Positions 18,703 through 30,109 of a stretch of DNA of 64,000 bases are shown here, in pieces (position 1 is the first letter of the stretch; the number at the start of each line of letters is the position of its first letter). Source of the stretch: an uncultured Methanosarcinales archaeon (GTDB lineage Archaea; Halobacteriota; Methanosarcinia; Methanotrichales; Methanotrichaceae); the NCBI GenBank assembly GCA_963843555.1, contig CAWJKV010000018.1:32001-96000 (forward strand). The letters run 5' to 3'. The position numbers and the translations under genes are program-made. Under the pieces are notes generated by a model that did not search any database, was not told where the DNA came from, and was given only the letters and a program-made list of their open reading frames with translations.

Positions 18703-19539
18703 ATGACTGAGGCATTTGTATTCACAGAGACGGACAGAACCAAGTCCAGATGGGTGGCAAAGGCCTATCATGATTTTGTAAAAGAGACCGGCAGATCAAG
18801 GACCACGCTGAGAGGGCTTTTCTACTATGCGTTGCAGAGGAAGGCATCAGACTATCCCCTTTGTGGTGGGTTCGTGGGCGAGATCAGGATCACGAGACCT
18901 TACCATGAGAGCGACGGCGCGAAGCTCTCCAAGTGGATGAGCAAAGCAAGAACGCTGCGATTCATTCCGGCTGACGCCATACTCGACGAGATTCCTGGGG
19001 AGAACGTCTTCTTGCCGGATGAGAGGCAGGCAAAGACCACCCCGGTCGAGGTCTGGTTGAATAAGTCTGCATTGAATCCCTTATTGTATCCCGTCTGCCA
19101 GAAACACGGCGCAACACTTGTCTCCGTCAATGGCAGGGCTTCCGAGGAGGCCGTCAAGGCTCTGTACAAGCGTTGCTGCTCCCCAACCATCATCCTGTGC
19201 CTCTCGGACCTCCGCCCGGACAGTGTATTCTTTGCCAGAGACCTGGAGGCAAAGATCGCAGAACTGAGGCACAGGGCTGCTGCAAATATCAGACTGAAAA
19301 GCATTGGCCTATTGCCCGAGCAGATTTTGGAGCTGAAGGTACCCATGGTCCAGGGCAGTAAGGAAAAGAATGAGGGACAGGAGAAGTATAAAAATTTTCT
19401 AAAACCTTATGCTCTGGATGCAAAAAGGATGGCTGAACTCGATGCACTGGAGGTTTATTTTCCGGGAGGTATAGCCGGTTTCCTGGAAGATGCCCTCTCC
19501 AAATGGGCTAGAAGACGCGAAAACCCAAAAGTATTATAA
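18703..19539 (+). CDS. TopoVI-A/Spo11-like (WHD plus Toprim) protein with degenerate acidic motifs
   Basis: TTLRGLFYY, EVWLNK, ILCLSDLRPDS, ELDALE. Confidence 0.55.
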   Translation: MTEAFVFTETDRTKSRWVAKAYHDFVKETGRSRTTLRGLFYYALQRKASDYPLCGGFVGEIRITRPYHESDGAKLSKWMSKARTLRFIPADAILDEIPGENVFLPDERQAKTTPVEVWLNKSALNPLLYPVCQKHGATLVSVNGRASEEAVKALYKRCCSPTIILCLSDLRPDSVFFARDLEAKIAELRHRAAANIRLKSIGLLPEQILELKVPMVQGSKEKNEGQEKYKNFLKPYALDAKRMAELDALEVYFPGGIAGFLEDALSKWARRRENPKVL

Positions 19540-19564
19540 TGCCCGTCTGCATTGCCGAAACGGT

Positions 19565-20032
19565 ATGACAGAAGTACCTGATATTCCCCTGGAGCAGATC
19601 CAGCAGCGCGTGGTGGCCATGTGGATGGGAAGCTTCTACGGCAGCAGCGGCTACGTAGCTCGAAAGCTTGGCAAGAAAGGCCTGCGGGAGTTTCAGGATA
19701 TTGGAGCCCGACAGGTAGCGGCCACCTTCAAGCAGCTCGGCCTGGCGGAGCCCGAGGCAGTGGCCCTGGCCATAGCTGCCAATGATAAGAACCTATTCGG
19801 AAGCGAGGTCGAGGTGATAGAAGGAGATGGCTTTGTGGAGATCAAACGCAAACGCTGCGGATTGATGGAAGGCGCCAAATCCTTCGCCCGCGTGGGAGCC
19901 AGCCTGATTGCCAAGGAGCACTGCAGGACCTGCGTGGAAAGCCATTGGAAAAAAGTCTTCTCGGATCTGAAGTTGAAGATGGAAGTGGATCATACGGAAG
20001 ATGGATGCACTATGAGAATTTCGAAGCTTTAG
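19565..20032 (+). CDS. Hypothetical protein, possible V4R/HNOB-like ligand-binding fold
   Basis: Spaced Cys pattern (RC..HC..C..GC) after a helical N-terminus. Confidence 0.4.
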   Translation: MTEVPDIPLEQIQQRVVAMWMGSFYGSSGYVARKLGKKGLREFQDIGARQVAATFKQLGLAEPEAVALAIAANDKNLFGSEVEVIEGDGFVEIKRKRCGLMEGAKSFARVGASLIAKEHCRTCVESHWKKVFSDLKLKMEVDHTEDGCTMRISKL

Positions 20033-20269
20033 CCGGAAACCAACTATCCCCGGGATAGCATGCGGTGAAAGGAAAACCTCCAATGTCGGCCCATCAACGT
20101 TAAAATCAGCCTGGATTATTCCATTTTTTAAATAAGACTAATACTTATGAGAGATTTGAAGGATAAATTTATATAATATTAAAGTAAGATATTCATTTTG
20201 AGCATAATTCGCTTATTTTGCGAAATTAGCTCAAATTAAAGGTTTAAAAAATAGGGGGCGAAAAAGAAA

Positions 20270-21068
20270 ATGAAGGGAGTAGTAATAGTAGTACTTATGT
20301 TAGCGATTGCCCTGATGGGTGGTTGCGGCATTGTGCTAGCTAATCCACCACTGGTACCACCAGTGCAGTATGAACAGTTTTGTGAGAATCAAAAGGTATC
20401 CGGATCGGGAATCATCGACGTCAGCACATCAATAGTCGACAAGAAGATCGCTCTCGAGTACTACAACACCATGGCAGGTGACGGCGACCTCGAGCTTGAC
20501 TCTGAACATGCCTACTCGCAAGATCCGGAAAAGCTCCAGAGGAATGTAAGCTCTGTCAATGGCGGCGACAAGTCGGCCTTCAATCTCTTCGAGACCACAA
20601 AGCTGACCTATCAAGGCGCTACGCCTCTGACCGGTGGCAAATATTTGAACTCCAAGGCGTTTTATGGCGGCATCGGCGCTGATGTTCAGGAGATGTTCTC
20701 CGTAAATGAGATGGAAAAGGATGAGACTGCCTTCTTTGTCTCCACAACGCCTTACGAACCGAATAACACAAGCCCGGAGAACCTGATCAACAAACTCAAG
20801 GATGCCGGCAGGGATACAGCAACGGTCGAGGAGCTCATGACGGCCAGCAATGGTATCTATGATCCAGCGCATCTTATTGGAATCGAGACCAAGAACTCCT
20901 TCAATGGTACCTGGGGCACGGATGCCAACGTGGCACAAGATATTCTACAAGGATATCAAGGCCCACGAGATGTTCACAGGAACATTCGAGGCCGAGAAGA
21001 CCATCAAGTTCCATGAGAATCCTGTGCCGGAAGAGACCCAAGCGGTCTGCGATGGCATAGACTGCTAG
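20270..21068 (+). CDS. Secreted hypothetical protein; frameshift near 20930
   Basis: Signal peptide MKGVVIVVLMLAIAL; C-terminus continues in ORF 20850-21068 (WHKIFYKDIKAHEMFTG..CDGIDC). Confidence 0.65.
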
Positions 21069-21184
21069 GGAAACCTGGCAGCCAACCTTTTTTTTTGATT
21101 ATTTCAAATTCATTCTCCCAGAGTACCTATTTATCCGTCAAAGATGTATTACCTTTACAGTATCATCTTGTAGCCGGTGATTTT

Positions 21185-21460
21185 ATGAATTCCGAACACG
21201 TATCTGGAAATGATAAGGGCAAGATCATTCTCTATGCGTTGAGCACTTGCATCTGGTGCAAGAAGACTAGAGAACTCTTACAATCGTCTGGAGTGGCCTT
21301 CGACTACATTTATGTGGATCTCTTAAAAGGGGAAGAGAGGGCCCAGGCCATGGATGAGATAAAGAAATACAATCCCAGCACTTCTTTTCCGACGCTTGTG
21401 ATCAAAGAGAAGGTCATTATCGGCTTCAGAGAGAAAGAGATCAAGGAGGCCCTGGTCTGA
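21185..21460 (+). CDS. Glutaredoxin/NrdH-like redoxin (methanoredoxin-like)
   Basis: [23 protein letters not shown]. Confidence 0.88.
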   Translation: MNSEHVSGNDKGKIILYALSTCIWCKKTRELLQSSGVAFDYIYVDLLKGEERAQAMDEIKKYNPSTSFPTLVIKEKVIIGFREKEIKEALV

Positions 21461-22005
21461 TGAATGAAGACTACCAAGAGCCTTCCCAAGAAGAGATCGA
21501 CAGACTGTACTCACGCCTGGATAAGGAAGCAAAGCAGGGTGGATACAACCTCAATCCTGACGGAGAGTTTGTCCGAGGCCTGGTGAAGGGCCTGCTCGTA
21601 AACGAGAGGCGGTACGGTTACCAGGCCTGCCCCTGCCGCCTGGCAGCAGATGACAAATCTCAGGATCTTGACATCATCTGTCCCTGCTATTACAGAGATG
21701 CAGATGTCACTGAATTCGGGGCTTGCTATTGCGCGCTTTATGTCTCGAAAGCTGTCCTCAAAGGGGAGCAGGAGCTAGGGTCCATTCCGGAAAGAAGACC
21801 TCCCCAGGAAGAGAGGCAAAGACTACTGCCACAGGCACAGCCATTAGCAAACGGAGCAGAGCCGGGGGCCTGCAATGGGAATCTGAAGCTTTCCGTTCCC
21901 GTCTGGAGGTGTCTGGTCTGCGGCTACCTCTGCGGCCGGGACGGATCTCCGGAGATCTGCCCCATCTGCAAAGCCGGGAAAGAGAGATTTGAGAGGTTCA
22001 TCTAG
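21460..22005 (+). CDS. Ferredoxin:thioredoxin reductase catalytic-type protein with C-terminal rubredoxin domain (FDR-like)
   Basis: CPCR, CPC, CYCALY plus [16 protein letters not shown]. Confidence 0.88.
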   Translation: MNEDYQEPSQEEIDRLYSRLDKEAKQGGYNLNPDGEFVRGLVKGLLVNERRYGYQACPCRLAADDKSQDLDIICPCYYRDADVTEFGACYCALYVSKAVLKGEQELGSIPERRPPQEERQRLLPQAQPLANGAEPGACNGNLKLSVPVWRCLVCGYLCGRDGSPEICPICKAGKERFERFI

Positions 22006-22037
22006 AGAAGTAGGGTAATAGAGCAATAGAGCGATCC

Positions 22038-24507
22038 ATGGCGGAAGATAAGCGAGCTGAGCTGAAGGTAACGGGCATGGTTTGTGCAGCCTGCACTGCA
22101 ACAATCGAGAAGGCCCTCAAGAAGCTGGATGGAGTCTCCCGGGCAGAGATCAATCTGGGAACAGAGATCGCCTCTGTAGAATACGATCCAGAGAAGCTCA
22201 AGCTCGTCGACATCGAAAAGGCGATCCGGGAGGTCGGCTACGATGTAATCGACCAGAAGGTCGTCTTGAAGATAGGCGGCATGGTCTGCGCCATGTGTGT
22301 GGGAGCACTGGAGATCGCCCTCAAAAAGCTGGACGGGGTCGTGGACGTGCGCGTCAACCTGGCAGCTGAAAAAGCCTATGTCACCTTCAATCCCAGGATG
22401 GTAGGCCTGGAGGATATGAAGAAGGCCGTTGAGGAATCGGGCTATCAATTCCAGGGGATAGCAGGAGATGAAGCCGCAGCCGAGAGAGAAAGGGAGGCTC
22501 GAGAGCTGGATCTGCGGGACAAGAAACGGCGCATCATCATCGGCTTTGCCACCAGCCTCTTTCTGATGGCTGTGATGTATCTGCCGGTGCATCAGATCAT
22601 CCCCATGGACATCTTCATGAGAGTCCCCAATTTCATGAATCTGTTCATGCTGGTCGTGTCCGCCCCGGTATTCGTCTATGTGAGCTATCCCATCTTCAAA
22701 GCCGCAGTAAGGGCGCTGAAGAACAGGAGCCTGGACATGGACGTCATGTACGCCATGGGCATTGGCGTCGCCTATGGCTCCAGCATTCTTGGTACCTTTG
22801 GAATTGTGCTCACTCCGGACTTCATGTTCTATGAGACGGCAGTTATGCTTGCCTCTTTCCTGACGCTGGGCCGCTATCTGGAGGCCAACGCCAAAGGCCG
22901 CACGTCTGAGGCCATAAAAAAGCTGGTGGGTTTGCAGCCCAAGAGGGCCACCATTCTGAAGGACGGACGGGAGATCGATGTGGCCGCGGAAGAAGTGCAG
23001 GTGGACGACCTGATCCTGGTGAAGCCGGGTGAGAAGGTTCCGGCCGATGGCATCGTCGTCGACGGACAGAGCTACGTGGATGAGTCCATGATCACCGGGG
23101 AGCCGGTTCCGGCTTTGAAGGAATTGGGCCAGAAGGTAGTGGGCGGCACCCTCAACAAAAACGGGTCCCTCACTTTCAAAGCCACCCGGGTGGGCAAAGA
23201 CACTGTCCTGGCAGAGATCATAACCCTGGTCGAGGAGGCGCAGGGGTCGAGGCCGCCTGTGCAGAGGATTGCCGACAGAGCGGTTACATATTTCATCCCC
23301 ACTATCCTTGCCATCGCCGCTGCGGCATTTGTTTACTGGTATTTTGTGGCCCATAACACTCTGCTCTTCGCCTTGACGGCTCTGATATCGGTATTAGTAG
23401 TGGCCTGCCCCTGTGCCCTGGGCCTTGGCTTCGCCTACCGCCATCACAGTCGGCATCGGCAGGGGAGCGGAGCTAGGGATTCTCATCAAGAGCGGTGAGG
23501 CTCTGGAGGCGTCTGACAAACTTAATGTGGTGGCCTTTGACAAGACGGGCACCCTGACTGTAGGCCGGCCGGATGTTACAGACCTTGCGGCCTATGGCGA
23601 GGATGAGAAGGAGCTTTTGCGGCTGGCAGCGTCTGCTGAGAAGCCGTCCGAGCATCCCCTGGCCGAGGCCGTGGTGCGCAAGGCAGAAGCGGAAGGAATC
23701 GATCTTGCGCGCGCCGATCAATTCGAGGCCCGGCCAGGAAAAGGCGTGCTGGCCCAGGTTGGTGCGAGAAGCGTGGTGGCCGGAAACAGGATGCTCTTCA
23801 AAGAGATGAAGATCGATCTCGACGACGCGATGCTCAGCAAGGCATCAGCCTATGAGGAGCAGGGAAAGACGGCCATGCTGGTGGCCCTGGATGGAAAGCC
23901 CAGCGGAGTTCTGGCCATCTCCGACCAGCTCAAGAGCTCAGCCGCGCCGGCGGTGGCCGAGCTGAAGGGCATGGGCCTGCAGGTAGCGATGATCACCGGC
24001 GACAATGCCCGCAGTGCTGCGGCGGTGGCGGGCGAGCTGGGCATCGACACTGTCCTTTCGGAGGTTCTGCCCGAAGAAAAAGCTATGGAGATCAAGAGAT
24101 TGCGCCAGGCCGGGAACCGGGTGGCCTTTGTGGGCGACGGCATCAACGATGCTCCCGCTCTTGCGGAATCGAATGTAGGCATCGCCATCGGCAGCGGCAC
24201 GGACGTGGCCATTGAGACCGGCGATATCGTATTGATGACCGGCGACCTGCGAGACGCTGTCGCTGCCATCCAGCTCAGCCGCAAGGTCTTATCCAGAATC
24301 AAGCTGAATATCTTCTGGGCCTTTGCCTATAACGCGGCGCTGGTTCCCGTAGCCGCAGGCGTGCTCTATCCACGTTTTGGCATAACCTTCCGGCCGGAGC
24401 TGGCGGGTCTCGCTATGGCCCTGAGCTCTGTGACTGTAATCTCATTCTCGCTGCTGCTCAAAAAGTATATACCGCCAGCGACCAAGAATAAGAGCATTGG
24501 AGGATAA
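22038..24507 (+). CDS. copA: Cu(I)-translocating P1B ATPase; frameshift near 23425
   Basis: Two GM.C..C HMA domains, TGE, CPCALG, DKTGTLT, SEHP, GDGINDAP, YN, MALSS. Confidence 0.93.
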
Positions 24508-24513
24508 AAGAAA

Positions 24514-24693
24514 ATGGCTATAGATCCAGTATGCAAAATGACCGTCGATGAGAAGACGGCGAAAATCAAGAGCGACTACAAGGACAAGACCTACTACTTC
24601 TGCGCCCCAGGATGCAAGAAGGCCTTTGACGAGAATCCGGCCAAGTATCTGGGCAATGAGACTCCGAAAGGATGCGGGTGCGGGTGTAGGTAA
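24514..24693 (+). CDS. YHS/TRASH-domain metal-binding protein, 59 aa (absent from the ORF track)
   Basis: MAIDPVCKMTVDEKTAKIKSDYKDKTYYFCAPGCKKAFDENPAKYLGNETPKGCGCGCR*. Confidence 0.88.
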   Translation: MAIDPVCKMTVDEKTAKIKSDYKDKTYYFCAPGCKKAFDENPAKYLGNETPKGCGCGCR

Positions 24694-24759
24694 TGAAGTG
24701 TTAAATAGTTGCAGAATATTCACTTTTTCTTGATTTGAAATAGATCAGAGGGATGACCG

Positions 24760-24966
24760 ATGGGCAAGAAGGCGGCTGCGATACTATCCATGCTAATAAT
24801 GGGTCTGGGACAGTTTTATGCAGGGCATCTCTGGAGGGCGCTGGCATGGTTCTTTGGCAGCATTCTGGTCCTGGGAACTTTAGCTATGGCAGGAATCGGG
24901 GGTCTCATCGTTGCACCGATAATCTGGGTAGCCTGCGCATGGGATGCATACAGTATAGCAAAATAA
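24760..24966 (+). CDS. Small membrane protein (TM2-like)
   Basis: AAILS.LI.GLGQFY.G...A motif and hydrophobic helices. Confidence 0.65.
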   Translation: MGKKAAAILSMLIMGLGQFYAGHLWRALAWFFGSILVLGTLAMAGIGGLIVAPIIWVACAWDAYSIAK

Positions 24967-25122
24967 CAGAGCCAGCTCTTGAATAAGATCATGCCAGCGC
25001 TACCTCTTTGTCAGATTAGCGAAGCCAAAACCTATTCCACTTTTCTTAGGTTTTTCCTGAGCAGTCCAAGTTAGCATAAAGTTATTAATATTATCGGCTA
25101 TTTGTCCTAACTGATCTAATCC

Positions 25123-27830
25123 ATGCAAATTAGAACGGTGTTTCTAAGCTCCACGGCCAGAGATTTACACGAGTATCGTGAGGCTGCCTATCACGCTATC
25201 GAAGGTCTGGATGGATATCATTGTGTTCGAATGGAAGACTTTGGTGCACGTGATCAGGAAGCTGACGAATTCTGTGCCGCCAAAGTCGCCGAATGCGACC
25301 TATTTGTGGGGATAGTGGGTCACTTATACGGGAGCTGTCCAAAAGGAAGCGAGACATCGTATACGGAAATGGAGTATAATACAGCAGTTGACGCCAGTAT
25401 ACCAAGACTTAATTTTCGTCGCGCCTGAAGACTTTCCTATCCCTGCTAAACTAAGGGAGTCAGATGATAAAAGGGAAAAACAAGAATCATTCCGTGAATC
25501 GTGTAAACAAAGAGAGAATCATCGCAGATTTTAGTTCCCCTGATAATCTGGCTTTAAAAGTAACACAAGCGATCCAAAACGAGATCACGAATACTAAAAA
25601 AGAGAGAACTTCGGTATCTCTGCAAAGGCCACTCCGTCCTAAACTCGACTGTCTTAATCCCTAACCAAATTCCCCGACCACCAGATGACTTCAAAGGTCG
25701 TGAGGATGAAATCAGTGAGATCCTATCAAACTTCGATAAGGGAGCAACCATTACCGGTCTGCGTGGCATGGCTGGCGTCGGCAAGACAGCACTGGCACTT
25801 GTCTTGGCCGAGAGGCTAAAAGACCGCTTTCCTGATGGGAATCTAATTCTAAACCTGAAAGGAACGACCAAGAATCCTCTGAGCGCCTGCTGAAGCCATG
25901 GCCCAGGTCATCCATTCATATTACCCAACTGACCGCCTGCCAGAGAACGAAAACGAGTTGCATGGATTGTATCTCTCAGTTCTGTCTGGCAAACGTGCTC
26001 TGCTATTATTAGACAATGCAGCTGACAAAGAGCAGGTCGAGCCGCTGTTACCTCCATCAAGATTGCGCCGTTTTAATCACTTCAAGAAATAAATTTACTC
26101 TGCCGGGCTTAAAGGAGCGAGATCTGGATGTTTTGCCTCCTGACCGAAGCATGTGAACTGCTTCTCGAAATCGCTGGACGGATTGGCGATCGAGCGGACT
26201 CATTGGCAAAGTCTATGCGGATATCTTCCTCTGGCCCTTCGAAATGCAGCAAGCGCCTTGGCCGAGAGGAAAGACATAGGTGTAGCTGATTACGAACGTC
26301 GCCTGAGTGACAAAAAGGTGAGGCTAGAACTGGTTGATGCATCATTCAGCTTGAGTTACGATCTGCTGCGTCCATTAAGAAGGAAGCATTGGTGTCGTCT
26401 TTCGGTCTTTCCAGAAGACTTTGACCTAAATGGTGGGACAGCAGTTTTGAAGATGGCTCGAGATGCATCTGCAGAGGCATTGAGCGATTTAGTCAAATGG
26501 AGTCTTGTGGATTTTATTCGCCCAGTTGATTCTGGAGAGGGGCGTTACAGGCTGCATGACCTGGCCCGTCTTTTCGCAGAATCACGTCTGGAATCCAAGG
26601 AGCATGACGACGCGAAGCAGCGCCTCACTAAGCATTACTTGAAAGTCCTCTCTGATGCTGAAAAGCTCTACGATAAAGGCGGGGAAAATATCCTGGAAGG
26701 GCTAATGCTCTTCGACCGTGAGTGGGCGAACATTAAGGAAGGACAGGCTTGGGCAGAGGTTATGATGCGAAACGTTAAGAAACCTAAAGCAGAAGTCAGA
26801 CCTGAAGTTCGCTTTGCAGATGGCCAATTCTTATCCGAATGATGGGAGTCAACGTACTGGATTTGCGTCAGCATCCTCAGGAGAGGATTCGATGGCTTGA
26901 GACTGCCCTAACGGCAGCCCGGCTGATTGAAGAACCTCGAGTTCTGAAGGGGCTCACTTGGGCAACCTGGGCAATGCCTACTTGAATCTGGGCGAGGCGC
27001 GCAAGGCCATCGAGTACTACGATCAGGCGCTGGCAATCAGCTCGCGAGATCGGAGACAGAAGGGGCGAAGGAGCCGACCTGGGCAACCTGGGCAATGCTT
27101 ACTCCTATCTGGGCGAGGTGCGCAAGGCCATCGAGTACTACGATCAGGCGCTGACAATCAGCCGTGAGATCGGAGACAGACGGGGCGAAGGAAGCCATCC
27201 TGGGCAACCTGGGCAATGCCTACACGGATCTGGGCGAGGTGCGCAAGGCCATCGAGTACTACGATCAGGCGCTGGACATATCCGCGAGATTGGGGACAGA
27301 AGGGGCGAAGGAGCCAATCTGGGCAACCTGGGCCTAGCCTACGCCGATCTGGGCGAGACGCGCAAGGCAATCGAGTACTACGATCAGGCGCTCAGCAATC
27401 AGCCGAGAGATCGGGGACCCATCGATTGAAGGAGAAAATCTAGTGCAATTTCGGAAAAGCCTATGCTGCACCTAGGAGAGACACGACAAGGCAATCGAAT
27501 ACTATGAGCAGTCGCTTGAGATATCTCGCAAGATCGAGGATCGAAAGAATGAGAGCGAAGCTCTGTGCAACCTGGGCAAAGCCTATGCCGACCTGGACGA
27601 AGTCCGCAAAGCCATCGACTACTTATGAGCAATCGTTAGAGATCGCCCGCAAGATCGAATACCGCCGAGGAGAAGGCGATGCCCTATTCAACATGAGCCT
27701 GGCGCTCGACAAGCTCGGCCAGCGGCCGGAGGCGATCGATCGTGCAAAGGCGGCACTTGTGATTTTCGAGCAGATCGAAAGCCCGGATGCGGAGAAGGCG
27801 CGGCAGAAATTGTCGGAGTGGCAAGGATAA
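25123..27830 (+). CDS. DUF4062 - STAND/NB-ARC NTPase - TPR protein, broken by many frameshifts (errors or pseudogene)
   Basis: VFLSST..DL..YR..RMEDFGA..CDLFVGIVG.LYGS..SYTE.EY (DUF4062); FKGRE, GMAGVGKT (Walker A), LLLLDNA (Walker B), CGYLPLAL, YRLHDL; repeated LGNLGNAY..LGE.RKAIEYYDQAL. Confidence 0.85.
26958..27430 (+). repeat. Four near-identical ~120-bp TPR-coding tandem repeats
   Basis: TGGGCAACCTGGGC...CTGGGCGAG..GCGCAAGGC.ATCGAGTACTACGATCAGGCGCT recurs at about 26959, 27080, 27201 and 27320. Confidence 0.9.
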
Positions 27831-28336
27831 GAAAAAGACATTCTACCATCAATAAGTCTGCAGCTTAACCGCCGTCGCTCGGCCGGCCGCGGCCTGGAGC
27901 GGCGCCCCAACCATAGCGCGGGAGGCCCGCAGGCCGACTCGCGGCACCCCGGAAGAATGTGCGGATGTTCTGTCCTTGCTTGCATCTACGAAGTCCAGTC
28001 TGCAATTGAATATGACATTAGCATATCTTACAATTAAGCACAAAAGATCCAACAGCGTCTTCCGGGTCCCGCGCGGTGTTACGCGCTGGGGTGACGGGGC
28101 AAACTGGGCCTGGCCTACTCCCATTAATCCCACGATTTCGAGACTAATCATTGGCTAAATATCACTTATGTAATTGTCGCACCCCGCTGGGGTGGTGGAT
28201 ATTATGGGGTCTAATGCTAATTGATTTATATTGGTTATTTTTTAAAAAACCGCGATTGTTATTCTTTAAATTGTTATGGATGAGGGAAATCGGGCCTGAT
28301 GATCTTCCGGCCCAGCCTTGCCATTCCTCACATTCC

Positions 28337-29572
28337 TCAAATGTACTGCTGAATGAGCCCTTCCGGCTCGCTCATCCGGTTTCTTTCTTTGTTAAGGATC
28401 TTTGCAGCCGCGTTTTCGAAATCGCTCTGGTAGATCATGGTTCTCTCTTCTCTGATCGCATACATGCCGGCCTCAGTAGATAGTGCCTTCAAATCCGCGC
28501 CGCTCGAGCCATCCGCGAGTTCGGCAATCAGCTTGAGGTTAACATCCGGATCCAGGCTCATGCCTGCAGTATGGATCCTTAAAATGGATTCGCATGCCTC
28601 TTTATTTGGCAGTGGAATCTCAATGACCCTATCGAAACGGCCCGGCCGCAGCAATGCAGGGTCCAGCATATCCAGACGGTTGGTGGCAGCGATGAGCTTC
28701 ACCTCGCCGCGAGCATCGAAGCCGTCCATCTCCGCCAGAATCTGCATCAGCGTCCTCTGCACTTCGCGGTCTCCACTGGTGGCTCCATCCATGCGGCGCG
28801 CGCCGATGGCATCCAGCTCGTCTATGAATATTATTGCCGGGGACTTGCTCTTGGCCAGCTCAAAGAGCTCGCGCACGAGGCGCGCTCCCTCTCCAATGTA
28901 TTTTTGCACGAACTCCGAACCCACCACCCGCAGGAAAGTAGCTTCAGTGCTCTGGGCTACTGCCTTGGCCAGTATGGTCTTGCCTGTGCCCGGCGGCCCG
29001 TGAAGCAAGACACCTTTGGGCGGCTCAATGCCAACGGCCGTGAAAAGGTCCGGACGCTTCAGGGGCAGCTCCACAATCTCCCTGATCTCGGAGATCTGAG
29101 TGTCCAGCCCTCCGATCTGAGAGAAGCGCACATCAGGAGCCTCTTCGATCTCCATGCCAAAGACGGCCGGATCACGTGGCGACGGCAGGACGCACATCAC
29201 AGCAAAGGACTGCTGGTTCAGGCCAACCTGAGCTCCGGGTTTGATCTCTTCCTCTATAAATTGGGAGAGATTTACGACGAATCTGGGACCTGTGCTGCTC
29301 TTGACGATGACCCTGTTCTCATCCAGAACATCAACTATTGTACCTACTATCATGGGACCGACGCGCAAGCGCTCCAGCTCGCTGCGGAGCTTGCGAGCTT
29401 CTCGCTCAAACTTGAGCTTCTGATTCTCAATGAGCCTCTTCTCGCCTTCCACGCGGTCTTTCTGCTCACGCAGCGCCAGGTTGCGCTCTTCGAGCTGGCG
29501 CATACGGTCCAGGATGTAGCGCGAAAAGTCCGCGCCGGCCTGTGACTCATTCATGCCTTCTCCACTATCCAT
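28337..29572 (-). CDS. pan: Proteasome-activating nucleotidase
   Basis: N-terminal coiled coil, OB domain, [27 protein letters not shown], HbYX-like C-terminus QYI. Confidence 0.95.
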   Translation of the reverse strand: MDSGEGMNESQAGADFSRYILDRMRQLEERNLALREQKDRVEGEKRLIENQKLKFEREARKLRSELERLRVGPMIVGTIVDVLDENRVIVKSSTGPRFVVNLSQFIEEEIKPGAQVGLNQQSFAVMCVLPSPRDPAVFGMEIEEAPDVRFSQIGGLDTQISEIREIVELPLKRPDLFTAVGIEPPKGVLLHGPPGTGKTILAKAVAQSTEATFLRVVGSEFVQKYIGEGARLVRELFELAKSKSPAIIFIDELDAIGARRMDGATSGDREVQRTLMQILAEMDGFDARGEVKLIAATNRLDMLDPALLRPGRFDRVIEIPLPNKEACESILRIHTAGMSLDPDVNLKLIAELADGSSGADLKALSTEAGMYAIREERTMIYQSDFENAAAKILNKERNRMSEPEGLIQQYI

Positions 29573-29617
29573 AATTACAAAGATTATTAAACTCCGACCC
29601 CTATAAAGGTTTCCGAA

Positions 29618-30106
29618 ATGACAGAGAAGCAATGCGAGATTTGCGGCGCCGAGATCTCAGGTTTGCCCCAGAGGATTGTGATCGACCGCTCAACGCTGGA
29701 CGTATGCAAGAGCTGTGCGCACTTCGGAAAACCGGAAGACAAATGGACACCAGTCCCGAGGAAGATGGTTCCTGTGGAGAGGGCATTCACGGTAAAACGG
29801 CCCAGACCTCGCGACCATTTCAAGGATTTGGTGGAGTTGGTCCCGGAGTTCGGGCGCAAGATCAGGGAGGCACGGGAAGGCCTGGGTTTATCGCTGGAAG
29901 AGTTGGGCGCGAGAATCAAAGAGAAAGCGACCCTTTTGAAGAAGATCGAGAGGGAAGATATCTCTCCTGAGGACGAGGTTAGAAAGAAGCTCGAGAGGGA
30001 ATTGAAGATCAAGCTAACCGATGAGGCGAGCGAATCCCGGGTCAAGTCCGGGAGCGTAGGCAGAGGATTGACCCTGGGGGACATTGCCAGCATCAAACGG
30101 AAATAA
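29618..30106 (+). CDS. mbf1: Archaeal multiprotein bridging factor 1
   Basis: CEICG..VC..C zinc ribbon, HTH (IREARE.LGLS.EELG), TLGD C-terminus. Confidence 0.92.
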   Translation: MTEKQCEICGAEISGLPQRIVIDRSTLDVCKSCAHFGKPEDKWTPVPRKMVPVERAFTVKRPRPRDHFKDLVELVPEFGRKIREAREGLGLSLEELGARIKEKATLLKKIEREDISPEDEVRKKLERELKIKLTDEASESRVKSGSVGRGLTLGDIASIKRK

Positions 30107-30109
30107 GAA

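Noticed and set aside
22002..23354. Long antisense ORFs (e.g. 450 aa opposite copA, 283 aa opposite aclA, 261 aa opposite atpC-R)
   Set aside because: Shadow frames of well-supported genes with no recognisable motifs
26958..27430. CRISPR array or DGR template/variable repeats
   Set aside because: Repeats are ~120-bp coding TPR units without unique spacers; no cas genes or reverse transcriptase; differences are not adenine-restricted
27855..28160. SRP (7S) RNA or RNase P RNA
   Set aside because: Could not find the SRP helix-8 motif in proper context or RNase P conserved regions; the AT-rich interior is atypical; retained only as an unexplained structured element
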